From IMG/VR virus record IMGVR_UViG_3300045988_178965, positions 32,001 through 96,000 of that record: DNA of 64,000 bases; one strand, written 5' to 3'. The position numbers and the translations under genes were made by a program. The notes below the pieces were generated by a model. That model saw only the letters and a program-made list of their open reading frames with translations, was not told the DNA's origin and did not search any database. This document shows positions 10,839 through 20,906 of the stretch, piece after piece. The number at the start of each line of letters is the position of its first letter. Position 1 is the first letter of the stretch. Origin of the DNA: a virus.

Positions 10839-12575
10839 ATGAATAAAGTAGAAGAAGCTATTTACAATTTAAATTCATTCCAAGCTTCATCTGCTGGAAC
10901 TCAAATACCAGATATTGGTGATGAGTATACTGAAGCTGGATTAAATAAAATTCTAAAAGAATGGTATGACATCCTATTTTGCAATCAGGATAAAATGGAT
11001 GAATTGCTGCCGAGAATAGAGAAGTTTGAAATTAAATCATCTGACTATATAAGAGACATTAAAACAAGGCTGGCTAAGGCATCGTCTGATGCCAAGGCCG
11101 CAAATGTCGCAGATAGGTCAATCACTAAATATACAAAAGCTGTTTATTATTCTCCATCTTCTATTTCATACATAGAGGATGAGACAACTGCTTATGTTGA
11201 TGGTGGAAAAATTGTTGGGGTAAAAGAATCTGATACGTTTGAAAAATCTGAATCTTCCATTATTTCCAATAATACCAATTCAGGAATATCCTGCTATATA
11301 TTTGATAATAATAAGAAGATTGATTTGGTGTGGACCGTTGATAGCGGAGAGGCACAAAATCGCAACATCCTAAATTCAAACGTTAAGTCAACTATATCTT
11401 ACTCTTCATTAAATGGCGGAAGCAAAAGCTTTATACTAGATATTGATAGAAAAGAATACGGCGTATTTAATAATATTCAATTAAAAACAAAACGGGCGTA
11501 TGTATATACAATTTACACAAGCAATGATTCGATAGGCTATAATAGGATAACAGATAGAGTCCTAACAAATAGTCTAAATGAATCAATTGGTGAAACTAAC
11601 GACCGTTATGTTCGTATAGTTATTGATCTTGATAAAAGCTCAGACTACATATCCGGAAGATACATTTACAATGTAGAGATAAGTTCTTTCCATATAGCAG
11701 TAAAAAGATACTCCACCCCAACAGAATACGTTACAGGCGATATTCCTATTAGAGCCACTGGTGAGTTTGTAGCAATAGATACTTGTGATAATTACCAGTC
11801 TAAAAATGTTGATATGCACTATCAGATCTCAATTAATGGTGGCGCATATAAAGACATTAAACCTCTCAGGAAGTTATCAAAAACTGGTAGGTCAATTAGG
11901 AGCATTTTGCCAATAAATGACTATTCTGATAATAACATTGTTACGTTACACTCCCATACTAGAGATTCTGATGGGAACACTTTCACGACTGAAATAGATC
12001 CAGCATTACTAGAGACAAATATCTTTAAGTATTACGATGCCACAAATCCTATATCCGTTAAAGGTAATGTAGTATCTGCATCCGGTATAGCTATTTCAGA
12101 AAAGGTTGTAAACTTTAAGGATACATACTTCGTAAATGGTGTACCATTCTCTGGCGAATCTACTATTTATACAGGGTTTAACAGTTTATCATTCCCTGCT
12201 GACAATTATGTCGAAATTTATGACGTAACTAAATACACTCTAGTATCTTTTAAATCCGGGGAGTTTAGGGTTGTGGATACGGCCGGCGAAGAACATACAA
12301 TCGTAGATGAAGACTGGGAGAAAAACCCATTCACTTCTATTGTTCTATCGCTTAAATATATCCTTGGTAGAGAACTAGAGTACGGCAAAGATATTAATAC
12401 TAGAAAATCAGAGAATGGATACCAGCTAAAAACATCAGAGAATGTAAAAGCTCTATATGTAGCTGCCAGACAAAAGAATGCTATTATTAATACCGCCAGA
12501 ATTAAGATAAAGATGAAAACCTTGGATGGATACACTAAACCTAATGTATCCAGGATTTTAATTAAGGTAGCATAA
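10839..12575 (+). CDS. virion structural protein (function unassigned)
   Basis: 578-aa ORF starting 1 nt after the upstream stop. Its own stop overlaps the next start (TAATG). Confidence 0.5.
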   Translation: MNKVEEAIYNLNSFQASSAGTQIPDIGDEYTEAGLNKILKEWYDILFCNQDKMDELLPRIEKFEIKSSDYIRDIKTRLAKASSDAKAANVADRSITKYTKAVYYSPSSISYIEDETTAYVDGGKIVGVKESDTFEKSESSIISNNTNSGISCYIFDNNKKIDLVWTVDSGEAQNRNILNSNVKSTISYSSLNGGSKSFILDIDRKEYGVFNNIQLKTKRAYVYTIYTSNDSIGYNRITDRVLTNSLNESIGETNDRYVRIVIDLDKSSDYISGRYIYNVEISSFHIAVKRYSTPTEYVTGDIPIRATGEFVAIDTCDNYQSKNVDMHYQISINGGAYKDIKPLRKLSKTGRSIRSILPINDYSDNNIVTLHSHTRDSDGNTFTTEIDPALLETNIFKYYDATNPISVKGNVVSASGIAISEKVVNFKDTYFVNGVPFSGESTIYTGFNSLSFPADNYVEIYDVTKYTLVSFKSGEFRVVDTAGEEHTIVDEDWEKNPFTSIVLSLKYILGRELEYGKDINTRKSENGYQLKTSENVKALYVAARQKNAIINTARIKIKMKTLDGYTKPNVSRILIKVA

Positions 12576-13489
12576 TGCAGTTAGATTTAAAACTGAAACA
12601 AGCCGCATTCTTCTTCGTCAACGGAATTTCTGTCAAAAAGGAATTTTCAACATTCAATGTTGACAATGGTGATACTGCAGCTTTAATTTCAATAGTCAGA
12701 GGGATTGAAGGCAAAAGGATTGAATCCTCAGTACCTGCCGCATCTATACGAGCAATTGTTACTCCATCTGGCGGAGGTGGAGGCGGAGGAAGTGGTAGTC
12801 CGGGTCCTCAGGGCCCTCAGGGGCCACAAGGCCCAATGGGTCCAGTAGGTCCAGTAGGACCGATGGGACCATCAGGTGCAACTGGTCAACCAGGCCCACA
12901 GGGACAACCTGGCCCGCAAGGACAGACAGGACCTAAAGGTGACACCGGACCAGCAGGGGCAAATGGACTACCTGGCCCTAAAGGCGAGCGTGGTGCAGAC
13001 GGTTTACCTGGTGCAAAAGGAGAGGCCGGAGAACGCGGAAAAGACGGCAAATCTGCTTATGAGATTGCTGTTGAGCATGGCTTTGTTGGAGATGAAGTGC
13101 AGTGGCTTGAAAGCCTAAAAGGACGTAACGGTGAACGCGGCCAAGATGGTCCGGCCGGCCCTAAAGGGGATAAAGGCGAGCCATTTAAATTCTCTGACTT
13201 TACTTCCGAACAGTTAGAGTCACTAAAAGGACCCAAAGGGGACACAGGTCCAGCCGGACCTCCAGGACCTAAAGGTGATGCCGGCACTGGTCAAAATGGA
13301 GCTACTCCAGACCTCTCTCTAAAGATTGCTAAATTCTACAATACTACCGATGATATGAACGCAGACTCTGCTATAGAAGAAGGAACATTCGTTGGAGTTT
13401 TGGACAGAGAGGGTAATCAGGAAAACTCTATTATATACAGAAAGGTTAACGGACTTATGGAAGAAATAGTTAACTTTTCAGAAATCTAA
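12575..13489 (+). CDS. collagen-like repeat tail fibre protein
   Basis: 304 aa. A Gly run is followed by about 35 uninterrupted G-X-Y triplets ([34 protein letters not shown]...). These are interrupted by the phage-fibre motif [26 protein letters not shown], after which further G-X-Y blocks follow. Confidence 0.8.
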   Translation: MQLDLKLKQAAFFFVNGISVKKEFSTFNVDNGDTAALISIVRGIEGKRIESSVPAASIRAIVTPSGGGGGGGSGSPGPQGPQGPQGPMGPVGPVGPMGPSGATGQPGPQGQPGPQGQTGPKGDTGPAGANGLPGPKGERGADGLPGAKGEAGERGKDGKSAYEIAVEHGFVGDEVQWLESLKGRNGERGQDGPAGPKGDKGEPFKFSDFTSEQLESLKGPKGDTGPAGPPGPKGDAGTGQNGATPDLSLKIAKFYNTTDDMNADSAIEEGTFVGVLDREGNQENSIIYRKVNGLMEEIVNFSEI

Positions 13490-13528
13490 GTCCGAACTAT
13501 CTAAACGTATATAAAGGTAATATATAAA

Positions 13529-14845
13529 ATGAACGTTTTACAATTAATGGCATTGCAATTCAAAAAGATTTCGCAGAGCCTAAACGCTTTAAAGTCCAAA
13601 GATAAAGAGCTAGAAGAGAAGGTTGCATCTCTAGAAACTTCAGCTGGTTCTGGTCAAAAAGGTGCGGACGGAAAATCGGCCTATGAGATTGCAAAAGAAA
13701 ATGGTTACACCGGCACAAAAGAAGAGTGGCTGCTATCACTAAAAGGCGATAGGGGACTACAAGGCCCGCCAGGCCCACAAGGGGAACGCGGAACTGATGG
13801 TCTTCCTGGGCCCAAGGGTGACAGAGGTGATGCAGGTGAACGAGGACCAGAAGGACAACGTGGCGAACCAGGTCAGCAAGGCATGCAAGGATTCCAAGGT
13901 GTACAGGGTATACAGGGAGAACGTGGCGAACGGGGAAGCCCATTTTCTATTTATAGAACCTTTAAAACAAAAGAACAGCTTAAGGCATATACAGGTATAC
14001 CAGAAGGCGGAATGGCAGTCGTAGCCTCTGACAATCCTGATACAGACGAAGATAATGGTAGATTGTATGTTCGAACTGCAGAAGGATGGGACTTCCTTTT
14101 AGACCTATCGGGCGTTAAAGGTATTCAAGGTCCGGCAGGTGAACGTGGCCCACAAGGCATTCAAGGTCCGGCAGGTGTAGGCGTCCCTCAAAAGTTAACA
14201 CTATCCGAAAATACTCTTACCTTATCAGACGGTGGTGGGAGTGTAACGCTACCAAGTTCATCCGGACAGGGAAGCCAATATGAAATCCACGGTACCGGTA
14301 TGCCTAACGGAAATGTTGCCGCTCCAGTAGGTACAACATATGTAGATACCAATGCTACAAATGGCGCTTTAAAATGGATAAAACGAACCGGAACTAATAA
14401 TCAGGGATGGGAAGTTCTAACTGGAGATACTGGATGGCGAACACTCAATATCCATTCAAAACTGGGCGCGTCATACCTAAAAGTTAGACGCAAAAACGAT
14501 ACCGTTATGTATCAATTCGGTGGTCTAAGCTGGGGCTGGTTTGGTATTGTTCGACGTGGTGGACCAGGGTATTCTATCCAGCCATCTGACAGAGAACGAA
14601 ACGTTTTTATTTTAGGTTTGCGAGGAATACCGGAAGGATTTAGATCAGAATTTAGCTTAATTGGCAACATCTACAATGACAAGGGTACACCATATGGTAC
14701 TTGGTACGTTGGAGGACCTACCGATGCGAATATGTTACGTTTCCAATTTACTGACCCTGTTCCTACTGACCGAGATATTGGTGACATTCGTGTAAGCCCT
14801 ATTATGTATCTAACTAGCGAACCTTGGCCTACTGCCTTACCATAA
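13529..14845 (+). CDS. collagen-like repeat tail fibre protein with globular C-terminal (receptor-binding-like) domain
   Basis: 438 aa. It has an N-terminal coiled-coil-like helix, the motif [26 protein letters not shown] and G-X-Y blocks. About 220 non-repetitive aa at the C-terminus are rich in W/Y/G. Confidence 0.8.
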   Translation: MNVLQLMALQFKKISQSLNALKSKDKELEEKVASLETSAGSGQKGADGKSAYEIAKENGYTGTKEEWLLSLKGDRGLQGPPGPQGERGTDGLPGPKGDRGDAGERGPEGQRGEPGQQGMQGFQGVQGIQGERGERGSPFSIYRTFKTKEQLKAYTGIPEGGMAVVASDNPDTDEDNGRLYVRTAEGWDFLLDLSGVKGIQGPAGERGPQGIQGPAGVGVPQKLTLSENTLTLSDGGGSVTLPSSSGQGSQYEIHGTGMPNGNVAAPVGTTYVDTNATNGALKWIKRTGTNNQGWEVLTGDTGWRTLNIHSKLGASYLKVRRKNDTVMYQFGGLSWGWFGIVRRGGPGYSIQPSDRERNVFILGLRGIPEGFRSEFSLIGNIYNDKGTPYGTWYVGGPTDANMLRFQFTDPVPTDRDIGDIRVSPIMYLTSEPWPTALP

Positions 14846-14866
14846 TTTTAAAAGGAAAATGAAAAA

Positions 14867-15226
14867 ATGAAATTAAGTAAAGAAGGTATTGTTGAGTACG
14901 TAAAGGATGTTATACCTTTATGGGTAAAAGTACTTCCAGCTATTTTTATTTTAGGGCTTACAGCCGCGTTAGTCTATGAATATGGACAAAACCAGTATCA
15001 ACGTGGACGAACTGATGCTGAGGCAATGTATCTTAAAACTTCAACTGATTTAGCAAATAGAATTAGAGGAGTAGAGGGTACATTGCTTACCCAGTTTAGA
15101 GAAGGTAGAAAAGGGCTGCAAGAAATGCTAGATAGTAACAACTCTGAGATACGCTCTCTTATAGTTGACAAAGAATGTGTTTCTGAAGACTTTAAAACTG
15201 AATATAACAAAAGGCTGAAAAAATGA
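14867..15226 (+). CDS. i-spanin-like membrane protein
   Basis: 119 aa. It has a single N-terminal TM segment (VIPLWVKVLPAIFILGLTAALVY) followed by a charged helical region. Its stop overlaps the start of a lipoprotein gene (ATGA). Confidence 0.5.
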   Translation: MKLSKEGIVEYVKDVIPLWVKVLPAIFILGLTAALVYEYGQNQYQRGRTDAEAMYLKTSTDLANRIRGVEGTLLTQFREGRKGLQEMLDSNNSEIRSLIVDKECVSEDFKTEYNKRLKK

Positions 15227-15492
15227 AAAGATTATTAATAGTCTTGACAGTATTATCCATGAGTGCTTGTTCTACCTTTGCACAAAAACCTAAAAAAGCA
15301 CAACAAATACAGATAGCAGAAGAAGTAAGACTCGGAAAATGTGAAGAGGAAATACAAGAACTACAAGGAACTACATCAAGAGCATTAATTGAGCATTCAT
15401 TATCGCTTATTGGTAAAGTTCATAATTGCAGACTTGAGAAACAATACCTAGTAAACCTAATCGAAAGTTACAATAAAGAGGTAAATAAATGA
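15223..15492 (+). CDS. o-spanin-like outer-membrane lipoprotein
   Basis: 89 aa. It has a signal peptide with a lipobox (MKRLLIVLTVLSMSAC) and a 4-nt overlap with the upstream TM protein gene. Confidence 0.55.
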   Translation: MKRLLIVLTVLSMSACSTFAQKPKKAQQIQIAEEVRLGKCEEEIQELQGTTSRALIEHSLSLIGKVHNCRLEKQYLVNLIESYNKEVNK

Positions 15493-15836
15493 AATGGCTG
15501 GTTAAGAAAAAGTACCTAAATGAGTATATTACATTTGAAGGTGTAAATATCGGTACAACCGAAACAGAAATTAAAGTTAGCGATGACAATGGTTCAGCTA
15601 TTCGTGCAGTAAAAAACACTTTATCTCGACTAAAACGCGAAGGACGTATTGAAATCGTATCTGGAGATGTTCCAGAAAAAGTTACAACCGTCTATGCCAA
15701 AAGAGATGAAAGACAAAAGCTTAAAGAAGCCTCTCCGGCAAAACCAGTTCCAGCGGAACCAGCACCAGCAACTAGAGAAGAAGATAGTCGCGAAAATCGT
15801 GGTCCACAAACCGTTGGTCCAGAGGATAGATTATAA
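15489..15836 (+). CDS. hypothetical protein, tandem paralog 1
   Basis: 115 aa. The N-terminal 60 aa align with the next ORF (MKWLVKKKYLNEYITFEGVNI..AIRAVKNTLSRLKREGRIEIVSGD versus MKWVVRKLRKNDYITFEGKTI..TIRSVNNTLNRLKNENRIEVLSGE). Confidence 0.55.
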   Translation: MKWLVKKKYLNEYITFEGVNIGTTETEIKVSDDNGSAIRAVKNTLSRLKREGRIEIVSGDVPEKVTTVYAKRDERQKLKEASPAKPVPAEPAPATREEDSRENRGPQTVGPEDRL

Positions 15837-15855
15837 ACAAAGGTAATGTCATAAT

Positions 15856-16239
15856 ATGAAATGGGTAGTTAGAAAACTTCGAAAGAATGATTATATTACT
15901 TTCGAGGGAAAAACAATCAAAGACGAACCAACTGAAATAAGCATTCCTGATAATCCAAGCACAATTCGTTCTGTAAATAATACACTTAATCGCCTTAAGA
16001 ATGAAAACAGAATCGAAGTGCTATCAGGAGAAACTTCAGACGGTAGCAATTCATATATCGGTTCAGGAAACGGGAATATTAAATTGGACGGACCTACCAT
16101 TGATTCTTCTACATCAACTGAGGTTAAAACCGAAGTTACTCCAGATGGAAAAGAAAAAATCATAGAAAAAGTTACTGTTACAAAAATCGTAGATATTAGT
16201 AATAGTACCAAAAACGAGATAGAAAAAATCCTAGCTTAA
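15856..16239 (+). CDS. hypothetical protein, tandem paralog 2
   Basis: 127 aa. It shares an N-terminal domain with 15489-15836 and has a divergent C-terminal tail. Confidence 0.55.
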   Translation: MKWVVRKLRKNDYITFEGKTIKDEPTEISIPDNPSTIRSVNNTLNRLKNENRIEVLSGETSDGSNSYIGSGNGNIKLDGPTIDSSTSTEVKTEVTPDGKEKIIEKVTVTKIVDISNSTKNEIEKILA

Positions 16240-16248
16240 GAGGCCAAT

Positions 16249-19200
16249 ATGACAACTCCAAATTTAGATGCAGTAACCCTTTTAATGGCCCAGAAAATTG
16301 CTGCCAATAAAGCTACTCAAAATACAATCAAAGAGACCTTAGAAAAAGTAAAAGAGTCTCAAACCGAGTCAGAAAAGAAAGCAGCAGAAGCTATTCAGAC
16401 TGCCAATACTGTCAGTGGCAAGGTTGCACAAACAGAGCAGGCTATTAATCAAATTAAGCAAGAAGCTCAGGCAACCAAAGAGGAAGTAAAAGTTGCTGCA
16501 ACACAAGCCGCAACGGAAGCTGCTACTCAAGCCGCTACACAGGCAGCAACTCAAACTGCCGAAAGAGTCGTAGGCGAGCAAGTTGCCCAAGAGGTGACTA
16601 GAAAAACTGGTGAAATGGCTCAAGATGTTGCCACTGCAAAATCAACTGCGCAAGAAGCTTTAGCAAAAGCAAACGAAGCTAAAGAGTCTATTGTTCAACC
16701 TAAGGTTGATATTACTGTCGGTGATGAAGGCGACATTAAAGTTAACGATAAGAATACTGGCGTAAAAGTAGTAACACCAAGTACAGTCGAAACTGAAGTG
16801 AGCAAAGCTTTAGGTTCGGAAAATGCCAGTGAAAAGATTCTTAACAAACAAATTGAACAATCTTCAGGTGGAGAAAAATTAAAATCTCCTTTGCGTTTAG
16901 CATTAGAAGCTAATATCTTCTACATTGAAGACGCACTAACAGAAGAGCTACGCAAAAAAGTAACATCACGATACTACGAGCCTTTGGATAAGAAAGCCGA
17001 GGGTAAAGAAGATGCGAAACAAATCGTTCGTTTGATTCAAGAGTGGTACGATAAACTTCCTTCGAACTGCTACATCTCTTCTCGCGGCGGCGTATTCCCT
17101 TTTACCAAAAACAAAGGTTACAAACCTGAATACTACGGTGCAGACAACCGCTCAATCAGACGTAACCGTAATGATCCAATGACATTAGTCGTTCATGGTC
17201 AACAACCATGTGTTTCATTCTACAAATCAATTGGCAATAAATTCGACTTTAAACTTGCCAAGTTTGTAATTGAAGAAGCAGGTCAAGATGCATTCCATCT
17301 TTGCGGCGATTCAGTTGACAATGAGATTATTCACGGCGGTACGATCATATCTCGTGCATATCAAGAGTTTAGCTACAAAAAAGGCGCAGACTTAGATAAA
17401 ATGCTATTCCCACCTATTGATGGATGGACCAAAGAAAATCCTCACATCGGTACAGGTATGGGTGATAAAGGTACAGCTGAAGCAGGCTTCAATACAACTA
17501 CCCAACGTCATGATCTAGCAGGATACATGAATAACGGTTATGAAGCACAAGACATTGAACAACCAGAAGGTTTCAATGAAGAAAAAATCATTCAACTGCT
17601 AAGAGACGGAGCTTCATTACGTTTCCGCAGTGCTGGTGGATACTTCAATGCTCAAGGCGAATCTGCATTCCCACAAGATGATGGAACAACATCAAGAAAA
17701 TGGGGAACATGGCGCGGTGGTCAACATGGTAGCCGTGCATATGGATGGCGTTTATTTGGAACCCGCAATACTGTCATTAGAGACTTCGATGTTCGAGGAT
17801 TAACAGGTGGTGCTATTAACTGTGGCCTATACGGTACACCATCAGGCGAAGCGGTTGATGCCCGAGATTCTGAAGCTGCATTCAGAGCAGGTATTGTTGC
17901 TACTAATACCAAAATTACCGGCGGATACTTTACCCATAACTACACCTGTGGTATCGAATGTATTCGTGCTTCAGGATTTGAACTTACTGGTATTTATGCA
18001 CCAGATTCAGTTGTAGGTCACCCAGATGCACACCTAGAACATACACGTGGCATCGGTGGCGGTACTTCATTAGACCCTGGTTACCAACAATGTACATCAC
18101 GCTATCTGCCTATGGATAACATCTTTATCCACGATAACGTTTTTGGTAGAGGTATGCGTAAGGTAATGGATATCCATACCGGTAACAATGTTCGCATTAT
18201 TAATAATAAAGGTGAAGCTCAATATTACGGTGTATCAACAGTAATCGAAGAGCTATTTGCAGGTAAACTTATTAGCGACACTCCAGGTAGCAAAGATATT
18301 CCAGATCCACATTCTTTCTATTACCAAGATAGCAATATCGAAGTAAGAGGAAATACAATTCTTTCCGGTCAATACGGATTGCATCCTATCAATGGTGCAA
18401 GAGGTGTTAAATTTAGACGCGACGGTAAAAAATGGTGGTTGCGTTGTCACCAAGTATGGGCAGACAATGTCGTATATGCTCCGCGCGGTATGCAATGTAA
18501 CTTCGGTCATAACCACTACTTGATCGAAAACAACCAATTCACATTTGCACTTCCATTCGGTGAATTCTGGGGACAAAGATATATCTCTGCATTGACCATT
18601 ACAAACCCTGGTTCAGGATACACTACACCTCCTAAAGTAATTGTAGAGGGTGGTGGTCCAGAAGCATTCGGTGCTAAAGTAACAGCACAAATAAAAGATG
18701 GTAAAGTTGTAAATCTAAAACTAGACCGTATGGGAAGCCGATTCTCAGAACCACCTACTATCCGATTTGAAGGTGGTGGCGGTTCAGGAGCCGAAGCAAC
18801 TGCATTTGTTAACACTGCAACATACGGCATGCTAGTAGGTTCTGAGCCACATTACGGCGAAATGCTTGGATGCGTTATCTCCAAAAACTGGGTACAAAAC
18901 TCTCCAGAAGGAAACTTTGCTCGTCAAATCCTAGTCGGTAGACTAAAAGGATCTAGCCTTGCATTTAACTACACTGACGTAACTCCATATACAAGCGTAG
19001 AAAAAGGAAGACTTCCATTTGGTGATCCATATGTGTCAAACACTATGAAATATCGAGATGGTATCCAAAGTCTTGGATTCTATGGTGGTAATTTGGAAAC
19101 ATGTGAAGTAATTGGCAACTATGAATATGACCAGCTAAAACAAAGTCTAACTCCTTGGACTGGTAAAAATAGCAACGGTAGTGTACATAAGGGCTATGTA

Positions 19201-20124
19201 CCAACATACTATCAATCAGTTCTTAATATGGAAGAAATTTCCAAATTGACAGCTAAAATCACAGAGCTAGAGAAAAAACTTGCATCTAACCAAAATGCAT
19301 CTCCAGCCGCACCTAGCACTGAGAATACCGGTACACCAGTACCTCCTGTTGCAAAACCAGAGGAAACACCAGGACAACCAGTAGCTCCAACACCAGGTGA
19401 AGGAAATCCTCCATCAGGTTCTGAGAGCCCTGCTCCAGTAAGACCAGAGCCAGCTGTACCTGCAGCTCCAACTCCAGCCACAGAAGAGCAAGGTGAACCT
19501 GTTGTAACGACTTTCGACTTTAGTTCTTTAGAGAGTACAGCAGAAACAGCAGAAGCTGGAAGTCTAAAACTGAAAAGCCTGAACTCTTCAATTAAAGCAG
19601 GAGATCCAGTTGACTGGGCCGGCGCAGTAAAAGAGTTTGATGGTCATAAATCTATGATCACAATGGCTTCTGACGGTAAAGGATTTAGATACTTAGAAAC
19701 AGAAGGATTTGCATCTGAGTCTGGTAAACCTAAAGCCGTAATCGTTCCATTTAGACAATCTAAAGGTGGTTCTAATGGTTCAGCATTCTCAATCATAGGA
19801 CTGAAAGATACAAATATCATCGCTCCTGCATTAATTACTACTAATGAAGAAAACGGATTTAAAGTCCGTCATTATCCAGACGTTAAGATTAATGGTAAAG
19901 GTATTGACCCTAGCAAAGTCTATGAATACGATAAATGGTATGTCATCACATTACCAGTTAAATCTGACGTAGAATTCAACAAATTTAGATTCGGTGCTAA
20001 CCAACATGCCAACACTATACGTCTAGTAGCAATTGGTTCAGGAATTGAATTTGTAGAAGGCAATATCTCCAAAGTTGAAGAAAGAGCTAAAGCACTTATG
20101 ACTAAATACGGAATTGAAGGGTAA
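16249..20124 (+). CDS. tailspike-like protein with right-handed beta-helix (possible polysaccharide depolymerase)
   Basis: 1291 aa. The N-terminus is a coiled coil containing an (A-A-T-Q/E)x5 micro-repeat. The central region is rich in G/N/H turns typical of pectate-lyase-fold proteins. A tandem repeat of about 35 aa follows (PPKVIVEGGGPEAFGAKVTAQIKDGKVV / PPTIRFEGGGGSGAEATAFV), then a Pro/Thr-rich linker and a C-terminal domain of about 210 aa. Confidence 0.55.
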   Translation: MTTPNLDAVTLLMAQKIAANKATQNTIKETLEKVKESQTESEKKAAEAIQTANTVSGKVAQTEQAINQIKQEAQATKEEVKVAATQAATEAATQAATQAATQTAERVVGEQVAQEVTRKTGEMAQDVATAKSTAQEALAKANEAKESIVQPKVDITVGDEGDIKVNDKNTGVKVVTPSTVETEVSKALGSENASEKILNKQIEQSSGGEKLKSPLRLALEANIFYIEDALTEELRKKVTSRYYEPLDKKAEGKEDAKQIVRLIQEWYDKLPSNCYISSRGGVFPFTKNKGYKPEYYGADNRSIRRNRNDPMTLVVHGQQPCVSFYKSIGNKFDFKLAKFVIEEAGQDAFHLCGDSVDNEIIHGGTIISRAYQEFSYKKGADLDKMLFPPIDGWTKENPHIGTGMGDKGTAEAGFNTTTQRHDLAGYMNNGYEAQDIEQPEGFNEEKIIQLLRDGASLRFRSAGGYFNAQGESAFPQDDGTTSRKWGTWRGGQHGSRAYGWRLFGTRNTVIRDFDVRGLTGGAINCGLYGTPSGEAVDARDSEAAFRAGIVATNTKITGGYFTHNYTCGIECIRASGFELTGIYAPDSVVGHPDAHLEHTRGIGGGTSLDPGYQQCTSRYLPMDNIFIHDNVFGRGMRKVMDIHTGNNVRIINNKGEAQYYGVSTVIEELFAGKLISDTPGSKDIPDPHSFYYQDSNIEVRGNTILSGQYGLHPINGARGVKFRRDGKKWWLRCHQVWADNVVYAPRGMQCNFGHNHYLIENNQFTFALPFGEFWGQRYISALTITNPGSGYTTPPKVIVEGGGPEAFGAKVTAQIKDGKVVNLKLDRMGSRFSEPPTIRFEGGGGSGAEATAFVNTATYGMLVGSEPHYGEMLGCVISKNWVQNSPEGNFARQILVGRLKGSSLAFNYTDVTPYTSVEKGRLPFGDPYVSNTMKYRDGIQSLGFYGGNLETCEVIGNYEYDQLKQSLTPWTGKNSNGSVHKGYVPTYYQSVLNMEEISKLTAKITELEKKLASNQNASPAAPSTENTGTPVPPVAKPEETPGQPVAPTPGEGNPPSGSESPAPVRPEPAVPAAPTPATEEQGEPVVTTFDFSSLESTAETAEAGSLKLKSLNSSIKAGDPVDWAGAVKEFDGHKSMITMASDGKGFRYLETEGFASESGKPKAVIVPFRQSKGGSNGSAFSIIGLKDTNIIAPALITTNEENGFKVRHYPDVKINGKGIDPSKVYEYDKWYVITLPVKSDVEFNKFRFGANQHANTIRLVAIGSGIEFVEGNISKVEERAKALMTKYGIEG

Positions 20125-20132
20125 GGACTAAA

Positions 20133-20330
20133 ATGGAAAAAGATCTATTACTTCAGCAAATAGAGGACCTGAAACGTCATTGCAGAAATCTTCAAGATAA
20201 TATCCACGAGATGCTGGCAAATGAAAACCAGGGCGGCGCAATGGCACTAATGGACGACCTCCAAGACGCAGAATTCCTCATTGATGTAAAGAAATCACAA
20301 GTAGAAGAATTAGAGTCTAAAGGACAATAG
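20133..20330 (+). CDS. hypothetical small acidic protein
   Basis: 65-aa ORF closely following the tailspike gene. Confidence 0.4.
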   Translation: MEKDLLLQQIEDLKRHCRNLQDNIHEMLANENQGGAMALMDDLQDAEFLIDVKKSQVEELESKGQ

Positions 20331-20333
20331 TCT

Positions 20334-20861
20334 ATGATAGAGACCATTACCATTACAGGTACTGGCGAATCTGTCTATGAAGTTCCCGCAAAAGCAAAAC
20401 GCGGGTCAGTTAAATCTACTAATGATAACTATCAACTACAAGAAATCGACGGTAGCCTGGACACAAATTCGGGCACTGTCCTTGTATTGATTACACCAGA
20501 ACTACCAGTAGGCTTTAAATTAGATTTGGAATACGAAGTTCCAGATAAAGAGGCATTACAAAAAGTAGAACGAGCAGTATTTGGTGAACAAATAAAATCA
20601 TCTTCACTAAAAGATATCATAGTTGTATTAACGAATATCATAGAAAGACAAGATAACTTAGAAAAACTCTTATATGATAAAGTCGGATATTCTGAACTTG
20701 ATGCAGCTGTGTATCCGGTAAAAGAATCTCTATCTTTAATCGTAGAAGATATTAAGTTACGTCAAAAGAAAAAGACTTCGGAGAAATCAAAAGATAACTC
20801 TGGAAGTTTTGACCTGTCACCTACAGTAGTTAAAAAAGTTGAGGATCTTCTCAGCAATTAG
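20334..20861 (+). CDS. hypothetical protein
   Basis: 175-aa ORF, the last gene of the + strand block, followed by a terminator hairpin. Confidence 0.5.
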   Translation: MIETITITGTGESVYEVPAKAKRGSVKSTNDNYQLQEIDGSLDTNSGTVLVLITPELPVGFKLDLEYEVPDKEALQKVERAVFGEQIKSSSLKDIIVVLTNIIERQDNLEKLLYDKVGYSELDAAVYPVKESLSLIVEDIKLRQKKKTSEKSKDNSGSFDLSPTVVKKVEDLLSN

Positions 20862-20870
20862 TCAAAACAA

Positions 20871-20906
20871 AACCCCGGCACCAATTAAGGTGTCGGGGTT
20901 ATTTTT
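20871..20906. terminator. bidirectional intrinsic terminator between convergent modules
   Basis: 12-bp stem aaccccggcacc / ggtgtcggggtt (one G-U pair) with loop aattaa. It is followed by atttttatt on the + strand and by ttttgtttt on the - strand. Confidence 0.7.

Noticed and set aside
12876-14024. ORFs in alternative frames or antisense inside the collagen-like genes (12876-13118 +, 13057-13287 -, 13560-13943 -, 13797-14024 +).
   Set aside because: GC-rich G-X-Y triplet repeats keep several frames open. These ORFs lack independent starts or RBS and overlap strong coding signal in the G-X-Y frame.
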